Below are positions 1-8,964 of a stretch of DNA of 38,474 nucleotides, piece by piece (position 1 is the stretch's first letter; every line of letters begins with the position of its first letter). The notes below the pieces were generated by a model, which made no database searches, had not been told where the DNA came from, and saw nothing but the letters and a program-made list of their open reading frames with translations. The stretch lies in the IMG/VR virus record IMGVR_UViG_2778261226_000006. One strand, given 5' to 3'. A program made the position numbers and the translations under genes. This DNA is from a virus. Lineage: Duplodnaviria; Heunggongvirae; Uroviricota; Caudoviricetes.

Positions 1-1053
1 TTACGGGGTAATGCCAACCGCTGCCGCCACTTTGTCGCCACTTGGCAGCGTTGCCAGAGGATTGAAACGGAGCGCCGTTTCCAGATGATCTGGTGCCAGA
101 TGTGCGTAACGCATAGTCATTTTTATATCGTGGTGTCCGAGAATTTTTTGTAAGGCGAGAATGTTTCCACCCGACATCATGAAGTGCGCCGCAAATGTAT
201 GGCGCAGAACGTGTGTGAGTTGACCGCGAGGGAGCACGATAGACGTTTTTTCCATCACGGATAAAAATTGAAAATAGCAGTCTGTAAAGAAATTGAACCC
301 ATCAAGCGCCATGATCTCTTCGTAAAGCTCTTTACTGATAGGGATGCTTCTGTTTTTCTTCCCCTTCGTTCTGACAAAGGTAATTCGGTATTTGGTCACC
401 TGTGAGCGGGTAAGATTTACGGCTTCACGCCAGCGTGCGCCTGTGCTTAAGCATATCTTAACTACCAGTGCCAGAATCGGGTCCTGACGTTTACAATCAG
501 CCAGCAATTCAACAATCTGCTCATGGGTAAGCCATGCCATCTCTTTTTCTGCGATGGTGAATTTTCGCATGTTCTCCAGTGGGTTCGGATACGACCATTC
601 GCCCAGGCGGGATAGTTCGCTAAAAACACTACTTAGATAGCTTTGCTCCAGGTTAATGGTGACCGGGCTTGCTCCTTTCTTCCATTTCTCGCTGAAGTAG
701 ATCTCACCTGTCAGGCGTTTATCTCGATAGTGGGCAAACATTTTAGAGGTGAGATCGGTTGCTAGGGGATTGCCCAGAGCGTCAACCATCAACAGCAATT
801 TATCATAGACATGCTGCCCAGCGGTTAGAGATTTACCATGTAGTTTGAACCATAGCTCAACCACGTCTTTCAGTGTTCGACGATCCACTGATTCTCCCAG
901 CCAGGGCTTTGCTTCGGTTTCTTCCATCGTATGGCGCTCAAAAGCCAGAGCTTCGCCTTTGGTGGCGAATTGTTTACGCACACGACGCCCACTACGTCCG
1001 GCGGGGTAACATTCGCAAAGCCATTTTCCTGTGGTGAGTTTTCGTACTGCCAT
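1..1053 (-). CDS. int: Tyrosine integrase (P2/186 Int family)
   Basis: Tyrosine-recombinase catalytic motifs are present: ...GARWREA..., HVLRHTFA, LGHHDIKMTMRYAHL. The N-terminus MAVRKLTTGKW... resembles P2-like Int. I start at Met27 of the ORF-track entry (ATG 1053). The stop codon TAA is at 1-3. Confidence 0.93.
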   Translation of the reverse strand: MAVRKLTTGKWLCECYPAGRSGRRVRKQFATKGEALAFERHTMEETEAKPWLGESVDRRTLKDVVELWFKLHGKSLTAGQHVYDKLLLMVDALGNPLATDLTSKMFAHYRDKRLTGEIYFSEKWKKGASPVTINLEQSYLSSVFSELSRLGEWSYPNPLENMRKFTIAEKEMAWLTHEQIVELLADCKRQDPILALVVKICLSTGARWREAVNLTRSQVTKYRITFVRTKGKKNRSIPISKELYEEIMALDGFNFFTDCYFQFLSVMEKTSIVLPRGQLTHVLRHTFAAHFMMSGGNILALQKILGHHDIKMTMRYAHLAPDHLETALRFNPLATLPSGDKVAAAVGITP

Positions 1054-1239
1054 AAAAAATGCCCTCCAATAGAGAGCATTTTTACTGTATGTATAACCAG
1101 TGTCAATGTATGAAATCCTGCGACCATACATCTCACTGAAGCCATAATGAAGTTGGCTATTTTTTGCTATGTGAGTATGTGACTTTTGCGGTTAGCCTGC
1201 GGCTCATTGTTATATTAGGCGCAGATATAAAAGCAAAAT

Positions 1240-1431
1240 TTATCGCGAGTTTTTAGTACAGATTTTTTTTGATTTACTAATAGTTCCATCATTGCAAACG
1301 AACTTTCCATCGGAGGTACAGTGAGAGACACCTCCCTTTTTCCCAGAACAAGGATAATTTTTAGCATAGGTAGTTAGTGGGTTTAATAACAAAGAGCATG
1401 ATAAAACCACAAAAAATACCTTACCAAGCAT
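1240..1431 (-). CDS. Small secreted cysteine-rich protein (signal peptide plus about 40-aa mature part with 5 Cys); moron between int and cI
   Basis: The N-terminus [23 protein letters not shown] looks like a Sec signal peptide. The mature part carries GGVSHC...[11 protein letters not shown] motifs. The sequence is AT-rich relative to its neighbours. Confidence 0.5.
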   Translation of the reverse strand: MLGKVFFVVLSCSLLLNPLTTYAKNYPCSGKKGGVSHCTSDGKFVCNDGTISKSKKICTKNSR

Positions 1432-1446
1432 AGTTTCCTCCCGGTA

Positions 1447-2016
1447 TTACCTAACGTACTTAATTGTTAAACTTATAATTTTCCCAATTATTTCAACATC
1501 TTCTATCTTGCACTCGAAGGCTCTGTTTCCACCTTCAACGAAGATTCTTCCACCGGGTAAACGAGTAATGTCGCGGATTGTTATTTCGCCATCAATACTT
1601 ATTACCCATTTACCGTCACGTATATCATCAAATTCTTTATCACAAATAAATTCAGAATTGTTATCTGTGATGACAAAAGGTTTTTTAAACGTAGAGGGTA
1701 GAAATCCCTTATCAAAAATATAAAAACCGTCTTCACGCAAGGCACCATCAGATAATACATATTTAGCAACTTCCATAGTATTTGTATTACCTGAAGTTTG
1801 CTTTGAACCATGTCCGGTTGTGAGCCAATTAAGCGAGGTGCCCGTTTCAAGGGCGCACTGGATTACCCATTCTGCTGGGAATGAGTCACGCATGTAGCGT
1901 GTGGCGAGTGTACTTTTAGAGATTCCTAAATGATCGCACAACGCCTGTCGAGTTTTGAATCCATAAGCTTCTACCATGCGCTCTATAGCGCCTCGTCCGC
2001 CTTTCTCCAAATTCAT
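1447..2016 (-). CDS. cI: 186 CI-type immunity repressor
   Basis: HTH segment YGFKTRQALCDHLGISKSTLATRYMRD followed by CALETGTSLNWLTTGHG matches my memory of the 186 CI N-terminal domain. It is divergent from the lytic operon. GGAG lies 5 nt before ATG 2016. Confidence 0.85.
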   Translation of the reverse strand: MNLEKGGRGAIERMVEAYGFKTRQALCDHLGISKSTLATRYMRDSFPAEWVIQCALETGTSLNWLTTGHGSKQTSGNTNTMEVAKYVLSDGALREDGFYIFDKGFLPSTFKKPFVITDNNSEFICDKEFDDIRDGKWVISIDGEITIRDITRLPGGRIFVEGGNRAFECKIEDVEIIGKIISLTIKYVR

Positions 2017-2040
2017 GGTCACTCCAAGTGAACTTTTATC

Positions 2041-2069
2041 TTGACGATTTCAATGTGCGATCGTATGTT
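2041..2069 (+). promoter_or_regulatory. Candidate lytic promoter (pR-like) of the lysis-lysogeny switch
   Basis: TTGACG (2041-2046), a 17-nt spacer, then TATGTT (2064-2069), reading toward the apl-like/cII operon. It is flanked by inverted AGTGAAC (2029-2035) and GTTCACA (2075-2081). Confidence 0.5.
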
Positions 2070-2141
2070 TATGGTGTTCACAAAATACAAACGATCCGTA
2101 TTCGTCCTGATTAATCATCATTAAACGAGGAATGTTGCATC

Positions 2142-2363
2142 ATGAGACCTAACATTTCAATCACTCTTACCACGCCTCATGTGACTATTGAACGCTATAG
2201 CGAGCTGACAGGGCTGTCCATCGATACCATCAATGACATGTTGGCTGACGGACGCCTTATCCGTCACCGTCTGCGCAAAGATAAAAAACGTGAAAAAGTG
2301 ATGATCAACATAGCAGCCATGACCGTTGATGCGCTTTCAGAATGCAATCTAAACCTTAATTAG
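2142..2363 (+). CDS. Apl/Cox-type small excisionase-regulator (first gene of lytic operon)
   Basis: Called on position (first ORF after the switch, before cII), size (73 aa) and an HTH-like segment [33 protein letters not shown] present. Confidence 0.6.
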   Translation: MRPNISITLTTPHVTIERYSELTGLSIDTINDMLADGRLIRHRLRKDKKREKVMINIAAMTVDALSECNLNLN

Positions 2364-2395
2364 TTCGATTCTGAAATACATCAGAGGCATTGACC

Positions 2396-2905
2396 ATGTT
2401 TGATTACCAAGTTTCCAAACATCCACATTTTGATGAAGCCTGTCGTGCATTCGCATTGCGCCACAACCTAGTGCAACTGGCAGAACGTGCAGGCATGAAT
2501 GTGCAGATTCTGCGGAACAAGCTGAACCCAGCTCAACCTCATTTATTAACCGCACCAGAAATCTGGTTGCTTACCGATCTGACTGAAGATTCAACGCTGG
2601 TAGATGGCTTTCTGGCACAGATTCACTGCCTGCCATGTGTACCGATTAATGAGGTGGCAAAAGAGAAACTGCCGCATTACGTCATGAGTGCAACTGCAGA
2701 GATAGGGCGTGTCGCGGCAGGTGCGGTTTCTGGCGATGTAAAAACCAGTGCAGGCCGTCGTGATGCGATCAGCAGCATTAACTCTGTTACACGACTGATG
2801 GCGCTGGCTGCTGTTTCATTGCAGGCCCGTTTACAGGCTAATCCTGCGATGGCGAGTGCAGTTGATACCGTGACTGGCCTCGGTGCTTCATTCGGTTTGC
2901 TGTGA
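2396..2905 (+). CDS. cII: 186 CII-type lysogeny establishment activator
   Basis: [45 protein letters not shown]...[20 protein letters not shown]...GASFGLL closely matches my memory of 186 CII (169 aa). ATG 2396 sits 8 nt after AGAGG. Confidence 0.85.
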   Translation: MFDYQVSKHPHFDEACRAFALRHNLVQLAERAGMNVQILRNKLNPAQPHLLTAPEIWLLTDLTEDSTLVDGFLAQIHCLPCVPINEVAKEKLPHYVMSATAEIGRVAAGAVSGDVKTSAGRRDAISSINSVTRLMALAAVSLQARLQANPAMASAVDTVTGLGASFGLL

Positions 2906-2912
2906 GGTGCTT

Positions 2913-3113
2913 ATGCTGACGAAAGAACCATCATTTGCATCGCTGCTGGTAAAACAAAGTCCGGCAATGCACTACGGTCACGGCTGGATCATGGGTGAGG
3001 ATGGTACACGCTGGCATCCGTGCCGTTCACAAGATGAATTGCTGGCAGAACTATCTACGAAAAAACGGGGGAACAAATGGCTATTGAAGGCGCTGCGGCG
3101 ACTGTTCCATTAA
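2913..3113 (+). CDS. fil: Fil-family small protein (P2/186 early region)
   Basis: SFASLLVKQSPAMHYGHGWIMGEDGTRWHPCRSQDELL matches the recalled Fil family signature. I start at Met11 of the track ORF, just after the cII stop. Confidence 0.6.
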   Translation: MLTKEPSFASLLVKQSPAMHYGHGWIMGEDGTRWHPCRSQDELLAELSTKKRGNKWLLKALRRLFH

Positions 3114-3418
3114 GACCCGGTGAACGCCTGAATGGACTTAATCATATTGCGGAGTTAAGGGCGAAAGTTTTTGGTTTGAATATTGAGTCAGAGCTTGAGC
3201 GGTTTATTAAAGATATGCGTGATCCTCGGGATATCAATAATGAACAAAATAAACGGGCACTGGCTGCCATATTCTTTATGGCAAAAATTCCAGCTGAACG
3301 TCATAGCATCAGCATTAATGAGCTGACCACTGACGAAAAGCGGGAGTTGATTAAAGCAATGAATCATTTTCGTGCAGTGGTGAGCTTATTTCCCAGACGG
3401 CTAACCATGCCGAATTAA
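3077..3418 (+). CDS. Early-operon hypothetical protein (113 aa)
   Basis: ORF in the same operon orientation. GGGGGA RBS lies before ATG 3077. No motif recognised. Confidence 0.55.
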   Translation: MAIEGAAATVPLRPGERLNGLNHIAELRAKVFGLNIESELERFIKDMRDPRDINNEQNKRALAAIFFMAKIPAERHSISINELTTDEKRELIKAMNHFRAVVSLFPRRLTMPN

Positions 3419-3485
3419 CCAACTAATGAAATTAATGGCGTAAACCCGCCGGGCATCCCTTTATCTAAATTCAGGAGAATTGCTT

Positions 3486-3719
3486 ATGCGTAATATTGAA
3501 ACCCTCACGACCAAAACCGGACCGGATGATGCAGGTCTTAATCTTTTACTGACAGAGGCTCGTCTGGAAGAACGCCGGGCAAGGGCTGAAGCAATGGCTG
3601 CTCGCCTCGATAGCCTGGCGTGTCATATCACCTCCCGCCAGCTAAACCACGTCGAAGCGGCAGAACTGCTGCGTGTGACTGCTGAAGCAATCCAGAACGA
3701 AGCGCAGGAGATCCACTGA
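3486..3719 (+). CDS. Small early protein (coiled-coil, 77 aa)
   Basis: CAGGAG lies 8 nt before ATG 3486. The stop overlaps the next start (TGATG at 3717-3721). This is a typical small P2-like early ORF. Confidence 0.6.
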   Translation: MRNIETLTTKTGPDDAGLNLLLTEARLEERRARAEAMAARLDSLACHITSRQLNHVEAAELLRVTAEAIQNEAQEIH

Positions 3720-3946
3720 TGGCTGATGCAATGGATCTCGTACAGCAGCGCGTTGAAGAAGAACGCCAACGCCATATCCGTGCTGCCCGTGCCAAAACGC
3801 CGGGCGTGTCCCGCGTGCTTTGCGTTGAGTGTGAAGCGCCAATTCCGCCAGCACGCCGCCGTGCCATTCCGGGTGTGCAGCTTTGCATTACCTGTCAGGA
3901 AATCGCAGAGCTGAAAGGCAAACATTACAACGGATGTGCTGTATGA
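3719..3946 (+). CDS. TraR/DksA-family C4 zinc-finger protein
   Basis: CVECEAPIPPARRRAIPGVQLCITCQ is a CxxC-N17-CxxC motif typical of phage TraR-like proteins. The stop overlaps the dam start (ATGA at 3943-3946). Confidence 0.8.
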   Translation: MADAMDLVQQRVEEERQRHIRAARAKTPGVSRVLCVECEAPIPPARRRAIPGVQLCITCQEIAELKGKHYNGCAV

Positions 3947-4797
3947 GCACCATCCTGAAATGGGCAGGAAATAAAACCGCCATAATGTCCGAACTGAAAA
4001 AGCATCTTCCTGCTGGCCCGCGACTGGTTGAACCTTTCGCGGGTTCCTGTGCAGTGATGATGGAGACGGATTATCCCAGCTATCTTGTTGCGGATATTAA
4101 TCCTGATTTAATCAACCTCTATAAAAAGGTTGCTGCTGATTGTGAGGCGTTTATATCTCGTGCCAGAGCTTTATTTGAGGAAGCAAACAGGGAGGTGGCT
4201 TATTACAACATAAGGCAGGAGTTTAATTACTCCACTGAAATTACTGATTTCATGAAAGCGGTATATTTCCTGTATCTCAATCGTCACGGTTACCGTGGTT
4301 TATGTCGCTATAACAAGAGCAGGCATTTCAACATTCCCTACGGTAATTATAAAAATCCGTATTTCCCTGAAAAAGAAATTCGCGCATTTGCAGAGAAAGC
4401 CCAGCGGGCAACGTTTATCTGCGCCAGCTTTGATGAAACGCTGGCGATGTTGAAGGTGGGGGATGTGGTGTATTGCGATCCGCCTTATGACGGTACGTTT
4501 TCCGGCTATCACACTGATGGTTTCACTGAAGATGATCAGTATCACCTGGCATCCATTCTTGAACATCGGTCATCAGAAGGACATCCGGTCATTGTTTCTA
4601 ACAGTAACACGTCTTTGACCCGGTCCCTTTATCGTAATTTCACTCACCACTACATCAGGGCGAAACGCAGCATCGGCGTTGCAGCGGGGGAGGGAAAATT
4701 TGCAACAGAGATGATTGCCACTAAATCTGCTAATTGGTTTAGTGCCGATTTTAGTAGGGGACGTGACTCTACTGTTATTTTCGGGGTGCAAGTGTGA
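3943..4797 (+). CDS. dam: DNA adenine methyltransferase (Dam, GATC-type, alpha class)
   Basis: N-terminus [15 protein letters not shown]...[11 protein letters not shown] (AdoMet motif) and catalytic YCDPPY. I start at ATG 3943, not at the longer track ORF. Confidence 0.9.
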   Translation: MSTILKWAGNKTAIMSELKKHLPAGPRLVEPFAGSCAVMMETDYPSYLVADINPDLINLYKKVAADCEAFISRARALFEEANREVAYYNIRQEFNYSTEITDFMKAVYFLYLNRHGYRGLCRYNKSRHFNIPYGNYKNPYFPEKEIRAFAEKAQRATFICASFDETLAMLKVGDVVYCDPPYDGTFSGYHTDGFTEDDQYHLASILEHRSSEGHPVIVSNSNTSLTRSLYRNFTHHYIRAKRSIGVAAGEGKFATEMIATKSANWFSADFSRGRDSTVIFGVQV

Positions 4798-5624
4798 AAG
4801 AAATGCACCACGGAATTCATCATTTCCATGGGACGCCTGTCTGGGGAAGTGCTGGCGACGTTCATCGTATTGCGGTGAGCGGAGCTGGCGCTTTCGTCTC
4901 CTATGTACGACCAGATCAGATTGCGGCGTCCATTCAGCACGCTCAGGTCGTCGGCATTGATAACGGCGCATTTTCTGCATGGGTGCGTGGGCTAAAAATT
5001 AACTGGAGTGATTTTTATAAATGGCTCCTGAACTATTACCACCATCCTAAGGTCGCTTTTTTTGTCATTCCTGATGTTGTGGACGGAGGTGAACGTGACA
5101 ATGATGCCCTGATAAACGAAGTTCCGAAAATGTTCTACGGGAAGGCAACTCCCGTCTGGCATCTGCACGAGTCAATCGATCGGCTTATCGAGCTATGTCG
5201 TGAATGGCCTCGTGTCTGCTTTGGATCGTCTGGTGAATATGCGGCTATCAGAACTGCGCACTGGCATCGTCGTATGCAGGACGCTTTTGAAGCAATTTAT
5301 TGCCGACACAATTTCAAAACAGCTGTTCATGGTTTGCGCATGCTTGACGGTCGTGTGTTGGGAAATTACCCACTGGCGACTGCCGACAGTACAAATCTTG
5401 CCTGCAATGTCCCCAAATTTAATAGCAAATATCCTGAGCTGACGCGGGCTATTCAGGAGGCTGAGTATTCGCGCAATCTGACGGAAAAGGAGCTGAAAGC
5501 TGTCATTCTGAAAAACCGTTGCGCAATTTTAAAAGGTGCAATTGAAGCTGTTCGCCCACCTTCAGTTTCTGATTGGCTGTCGAATGGTTTGCAGCCTTCA
5601 CAGCTCGAACTGGAGATTGCGTAA
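4794..5624 (+). CDS. Unknown early protein, possibly a TGT/DpdA-like TIM-barrel (DNA 7-deazaguanine transglycosylase-like); function unproven
   Basis: Start overlaps the dam stop (GTGA) and stop overlaps the A start (TAATG). The motif series [39 protein letters not shown] resembles the strand-end motif order of tRNA-guanine transglycosylase-fold DpdA proteins as I recall them. Confidence 0.7.
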   Translation: MKEMHHGIHHFHGTPVWGSAGDVHRIAVSGAGAFVSYVRPDQIAASIQHAQVVGIDNGAFSAWVRGLKINWSDFYKWLLNYYHHPKVAFFVIPDVVDGGERDNDALINEVPKMFYGKATPVWHLHESIDRLIELCREWPRVCFGSSGEYAAIRTAHWHRRMQDAFEAIYCRHNFKTAVHGLRMLDGRVLGNYPLATADSTNLACNVPKFNSKYPELTRAIQEAEYSRNLTEKELKAVILKNRCAILKGAIEAVRPPSVSDWLSNGLQPSQLELEIA

Positions 5625-7996
5625 TGAACTACAGCTATTCCTGGAATGCTGAGAAAAAAGCAATCAATCCTTACGTAGAGACAGAAGAGCAATCTTCAGT
5701 TTCTGCGCTTTCAAACCTGATCGCTCTGTACGCTGCCGATAACGAGCAGGAACAGCTGCGCCGCGAGGCACTGAGTGATCAGGTCTGGGAGCGTTATTTC
5801 TTTAATGAATCCCGTGATCCTGTCCAGCGCGAAATGGAGCAGGATAAGCTCATTAGTCGGGCAAAGCTGGCGCATGAGCAGCAGCGTTTTAATCCAGATA
5901 TGGTCATTCTGGCGGACGTCAATGCCCAGCCTTCCCATATCAGCAAGCCGCTGATGCAACGTATTGAATACTTCAGCAGCCTGGGCAGGCCAAAGGCTTA
6001 TTCCCGCTATTTGCGTGAGACGATTAAGCCATGTCTGGAACGGCTGGAGCATGTACGCGACTGTCAGCTATCCACTTCTTTTCGCTTTATGGCAAGCCAT
6101 GAAGGGCTGGACGGCCTGCTGATCCTGCCTGAAATGAGTCAGGATCAGGTGAAACGCCTGTCCACCCTGGTAGCTGCGCATATGAGCATGTGCCTTGATG
6201 CAGCTTGTGGCGATTTGTATGTCACCGATGACGTTAAGCCAGAAGAAATCCGCAAGACATGGGAAAAGGTGGCAGCGGAAACCCTGCGTCTGGATGTCAT
6301 CCCGCCTGCGTTTGAGCAACTCCGCCGGAAAAGAAACCGCCGTAAACCCGTGCCCTATGAACTCATTCCGGGTTCGCTGGCGCGTATGTTGTGCGCTGAC
6401 TGGTGGTACCGGAAATTATGGAAGATGCGTTGCGAATGGCGGGAAGAGCAGTTGCGTGCTGTCTGCCTGGTCAGCAAAAAAGCATCTCCCTATGTCAGCT
6501 ATGAAGCCGTGATGCATAAACGTGAGCAGCGCCGTAAGTCGCTGGAGTTTTTTCGTTCTCATGAACTGGTGAACGAAGACGGCGACACGCTGGACATGGA
6601 GGATGTGGTAAACGCCAGCAGCAGCAACCCTGCGCATCGCCGCAATGAGATGATGGCCTGTGTTAAAGGCCTGGAGCTTATCGCGGAAATGCGCGGTGAC
6701 TGCGCCGTTTTCTACACCATCACCTGTCCGTCACGTTTCCATTCCACGCTAAATAATGGCAGGCCCAACCCAACTTGGACAAATGCGACGGTAAGACAAA
6801 GCAGTGATTATCTGGTCGGCATATTTGCTGCATTTCGTAAGGCGATGCACAAAGCCGGATTGCGGTGGTATGGCGTGCGGGTGGCTGAGCCGCATCATGA
6901 CGGTACAGTTCACTGGCACCTGTTGTGTTTTATGCGCAAAAAAGACCGCCGCGCCATCACTGCATTACTGCGTAAGTTTGCCATCCGTGAAGACCGCGAG
7001 GAACTGGGCAATAACACTGGGCCGCGCTTTAAGTCTGAGTTGATTAACCCGCGCAAAGGTACGCCAACAAGCTACATCGCGAAATACATCAGTAAGAACA
7101 TTGACGGGCGTGGTCTGGCTGGCGAGATCAGCAAGGAAACGGGTAAATCTCTGCGTGATAACGCTGAATACGTTAATGCCTGGGCGTCTCTGCATCGTGT
7201 TCAGCAATTCCGCTTCTTTGGCATTCCGGGGCGTCAGGCTTACCGTGAACTGCGATTGCTGGCTGGTCAGGCGGCAAGGCAACAGGGTGACAAAAAAGCA
7301 GGTGCGCCGGTACTGGATAACCCGCGCCTTGATGCCATTCTGGCTGCAGCTGATGCTGGTTGCTTTGCCACCTACATCATGAAGCAGGGCGGCGTACTGG
7401 TTCCCCGTAAATATCACCTCATCAGAACCGCTTATGAAATCAACGAAGAGCCGACCGCCTATGGCGATCACGGTATTCGTATTTATGGCATCTGGTCACC
7501 CATTGCAGAGGGCAAGATCTGCACTCATGCAGTGAAGTGGAAAATGGTTCGTAAAGCCGTTGACGTTCAGGAGGCGGCAGCCGACCAGGGCGCTTGCGCC
7601 CCTTGGACTCGTGGCAATAACTGTCCCCTTGCTGAAAATTTGAACCAACAAGGGAAAGACAAATCAGCTGATGGGGATACCAGAACGGACATTACCCACA
7701 TGGATGACAAGGAGTTGCACGATTACCTGCACAGTATGAACAAAAAAGAGCGCCGGGAACTGGCTGCAAGGTTACGCCTGGTGAAACCGAAACGGCGTAG
7801 AGACTACAAACAGCGAATTACAGACCATCAACGACAGCAGCTCGTCTATGAACTGAAGTCCAGAGGATTTGATGGCAGCGAGAAAGAGGTCGATTTACTC
7901 CTTCGCGGCGGCAGTATTCCGTCAGGAGCAGGCCTGCGTGTCTTCTATCGGAACCAGCGTTTGCAGGAAGATGATAAGTGGCGGAACCTGTATTAA
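5624..7996 (+). CDS. A: Replication initiation endonuclease (P2 gpA / 186 A, HUH rolling-circle nickase)
   Basis: HUH-type motif [13 protein letters not shown] and the tyrosine pair in [14 protein letters not shown]. Size and position match P2 A. The ATG 5624 start overlaps the upstream stop. Confidence 0.9.
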   Translation: MNYSYSWNAEKKAINPYVETEEQSSVSALSNLIALYAADNEQEQLRREALSDQVWERYFFNESRDPVQREMEQDKLISRAKLAHEQQRFNPDMVILADVNAQPSHISKPLMQRIEYFSSLGRPKAYSRYLRETIKPCLERLEHVRDCQLSTSFRFMASHEGLDGLLILPEMSQDQVKRLSTLVAAHMSMCLDAACGDLYVTDDVKPEEIRKTWEKVAAETLRLDVIPPAFEQLRRKRNRRKPVPYELIPGSLARMLCADWWYRKLWKMRCEWREEQLRAVCLVSKKASPYVSYEAVMHKREQRRKSLEFFRSHELVNEDGDTLDMEDVVNASSSNPAHRRNEMMACVKGLELIAEMRGDCAVFYTITCPSRFHSTLNNGRPNPTWTNATVRQSSDYLVGIFAAFRKAMHKAGLRWYGVRVAEPHHDGTVHWHLLCFMRKKDRRAITALLRKFAIREDREELGNNTGPRFKSELINPRKGTPTSYIAKYISKNIDGRGLAGEISKETGKSLRDNAEYVNAWASLHRVQQFRFFGIPGRQAYRELRLLAGQAARQQGDKKAGAPVLDNPRLDAILAAADAGCFATYIMKQGGVLVPRKYHLIRTAYEINEEPTAYGDHGIRIYGIWSPIAEGKICTHAVKWKMVRKAVDVQEAAADQGACAPWTRGNNCPLAENLNQQGKDKSADGDTRTDITHMDDKELHDYLHSMNKKERRELAARLRLVKPKRRRDYKQRITDHQRQQLVYELKSRGFDGSEKEVDLLLRGGSIPSGAGLRVFYRNQRLQEDDKWRNLY

Positions 7997-8044
7997 TTAC
8001 GCGGGTTAACAATTCGTGCTCTTAATAATACCAGGCATATCAGG

Positions 8045-8075
8045 CTGATGAACGTAAAAAAACGTTTTACATCAG
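8045..8075 (+). terminator. Hairpin downstream of gene A (possible early-operon terminator)
   Basis: CTGATG-AACGT-loop-ACGTT-(TTA bulge)-CATCAG. The T-tract is weak, so this call is tentative. Confidence 0.3.
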
Positions 8076-8090
8076 TAAGATTATTATATA

Positions 8091-8106
8091 CTGTAAATAT
8101 AAACAG
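8091..8106. promoter_or_regulatory. LexA (SOS) box
   Basis: taCTGTaaatataaACAGtg is a perfect CTGT-N8-ACAG with an AT-rich core. It lies 44 nt upstream of the 8150 start in an AT-rich promoter-like stretch. Confidence 0.8.
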
Positions 8107-8149
8107 TGGTTATCTATACAGTATTGTTTGCGGTGTCATAGGAGGAAAG

Positions 8150-8338
8150 ATGCAGGACTATTTTTTGGAGTCTTTGAAGCTCCAGCGCATTGATTTTTTT
8201 CTTAAGCTTGTAGCGGCTAGTGAGTGTAGTGATGAAGAGAAGGGGCTGGCCCTGCAGTGGGTTTCTGAATTGACTGATGAACTCATGGCAAAAATCAGAA
8301 GCCACGAATACAACCGCTCAATGGATGTCATCAGCTGA
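8150..8338 (+). CDS. Small SOS-controlled protein; candidate Tum-like antirepressor (62 aa)
   Basis: GGAGGA RBS (8141-8146) before ATG 8150, directly downstream of the LexA box. The position equals 186 tum. No sequence motif recognised. Confidence 0.55.
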   Translation: MQDYFLESLKLQRIDFFLKLVAASECSDEEKGLALQWVSELTDELMAKIRSHEYNRSMDVIS

Positions 8339-8348
8339 GGTGACTTTT

Positions 8349-8582
8349 ATGCGCATTGAAATAATGATCGATAAAGAGCAGAAGATTAGCCAGTCTACCC
8401 TGGACGCTCTGGAGTCCGAGCTTTACCGCAACCTGCAACCCATCTATCCCAAGACCGCTATCCGCATCCGTAAAGGGTCGGCAAACGGCGTTGAGCTGAG
8501 TGGCTTAAAGCTTGATGAAGACAAAAAGCGGGTGATGGAAATTATGCAACAGGTTTGGGAAGACGACAGCTGGCTGCACTAA
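8349..8582 (+). CDS. DinI-family protein
   Basis: MRIEIMIDKEQKISQSTLDALESELYRNL...KKRVMEIMQQVWEDDSWL parallels E. coli DinI (MRIEVTIAK...ISEILQETWES..DWF). Confidence 0.85.
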   Translation: MRIEIMIDKEQKISQSTLDALESELYRNLQPIYPKTAIRIRKGSANGVELSGLKLDEDKKRVMEIMQQVWEDDSWLH

Positions 8583-8700
8583 GGAACGTTCCTGATGTAA
8601 GAACTTGAATCTGACGTCAGCAAGGTTGAACAACGAGAGTAGCGAGGCGTTAGCCATGGGTAAAAAAGACAGTAATCACCAGATTATTTATCGGGGCTAG

Positions 8701-8916
8701 GTGCTGGAACGTTTAACCCTTGGCGACTGGGTCTTCTTTCAACGCCCAAAGGAGTGTGGCGGAGGTTTTTGGTTGGGCCGCATCTATGAAGACTGCTTCT
8801 GGCTTGAGCTGGAATTCCCCGTTTCGCTATATGACGGCCTGGGGTTTTTGATGGAAGTCACTAGGGTAGAGCAGAGAAGTGATGAGGTTGACGCGAATTA
8901 TCCCCTGTTTGATTAA
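8701..8916 (+). CDS. Hypothetical 71-aa ORF (GTG start)
   Basis: Open frame only. The RBS is weak and no motif is recognised. Confidence 0.3.
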   Translation: MLERLTLGDWVFFQRPKECGGGFWLGRIYEDCFWLELEFPVSLYDGLGFLMEVTRVEQRSDEVDANYPLFD

Positions 8917-8964
8917 AAATGTATTAGCTTATAATGGAATACTATTTTTGCAGGTGGGGGCGCA

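Noticed and set aside
1054-1131. N-terminal 26-codon extension of the integrase ORF (and the overlapping 870-1145 and 931-1113 ORFs)
   Set aside because: P2-family integrases begin at the MAV/MAI-K-KL motif, which is Met27 here. The extension and the overlapping ORFs are frame artefacts.
3883-3942. Longer 304-aa version of the Dam ORF
   Set aside because: The upstream part overlaps the TraR-like gene in another frame. The ATGA overlap at 3943 gives a canonical Dam N-terminus.
5573-5623. Longer start for replication gene A
   Set aside because: ATG 5624 overlaps the upstream stop (TAATG). The extension lies within the preceding gene.
8107-8123. Possible second LexA box (…tggttatctatACAGta)
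   Set aside because: Only the right half-site matches. The left half reads gTGg instead of CTGT.
8048-8149. Longer 96-aa version of the tum-like ORF
   Set aside because: It would place the LexA box and promoter-like AT-rich DNA inside coding sequence. ATG 8150 has a strong GGAGGA RBS.
8582-8593. Perfect 12-bp palindrome AGGAACGTTCCT just after the DinI-like stop
   Set aside because: It is too short, has no loop or T-tract to act as a terminator, and has no repeat partner elsewhere in the window. No function is supportable.
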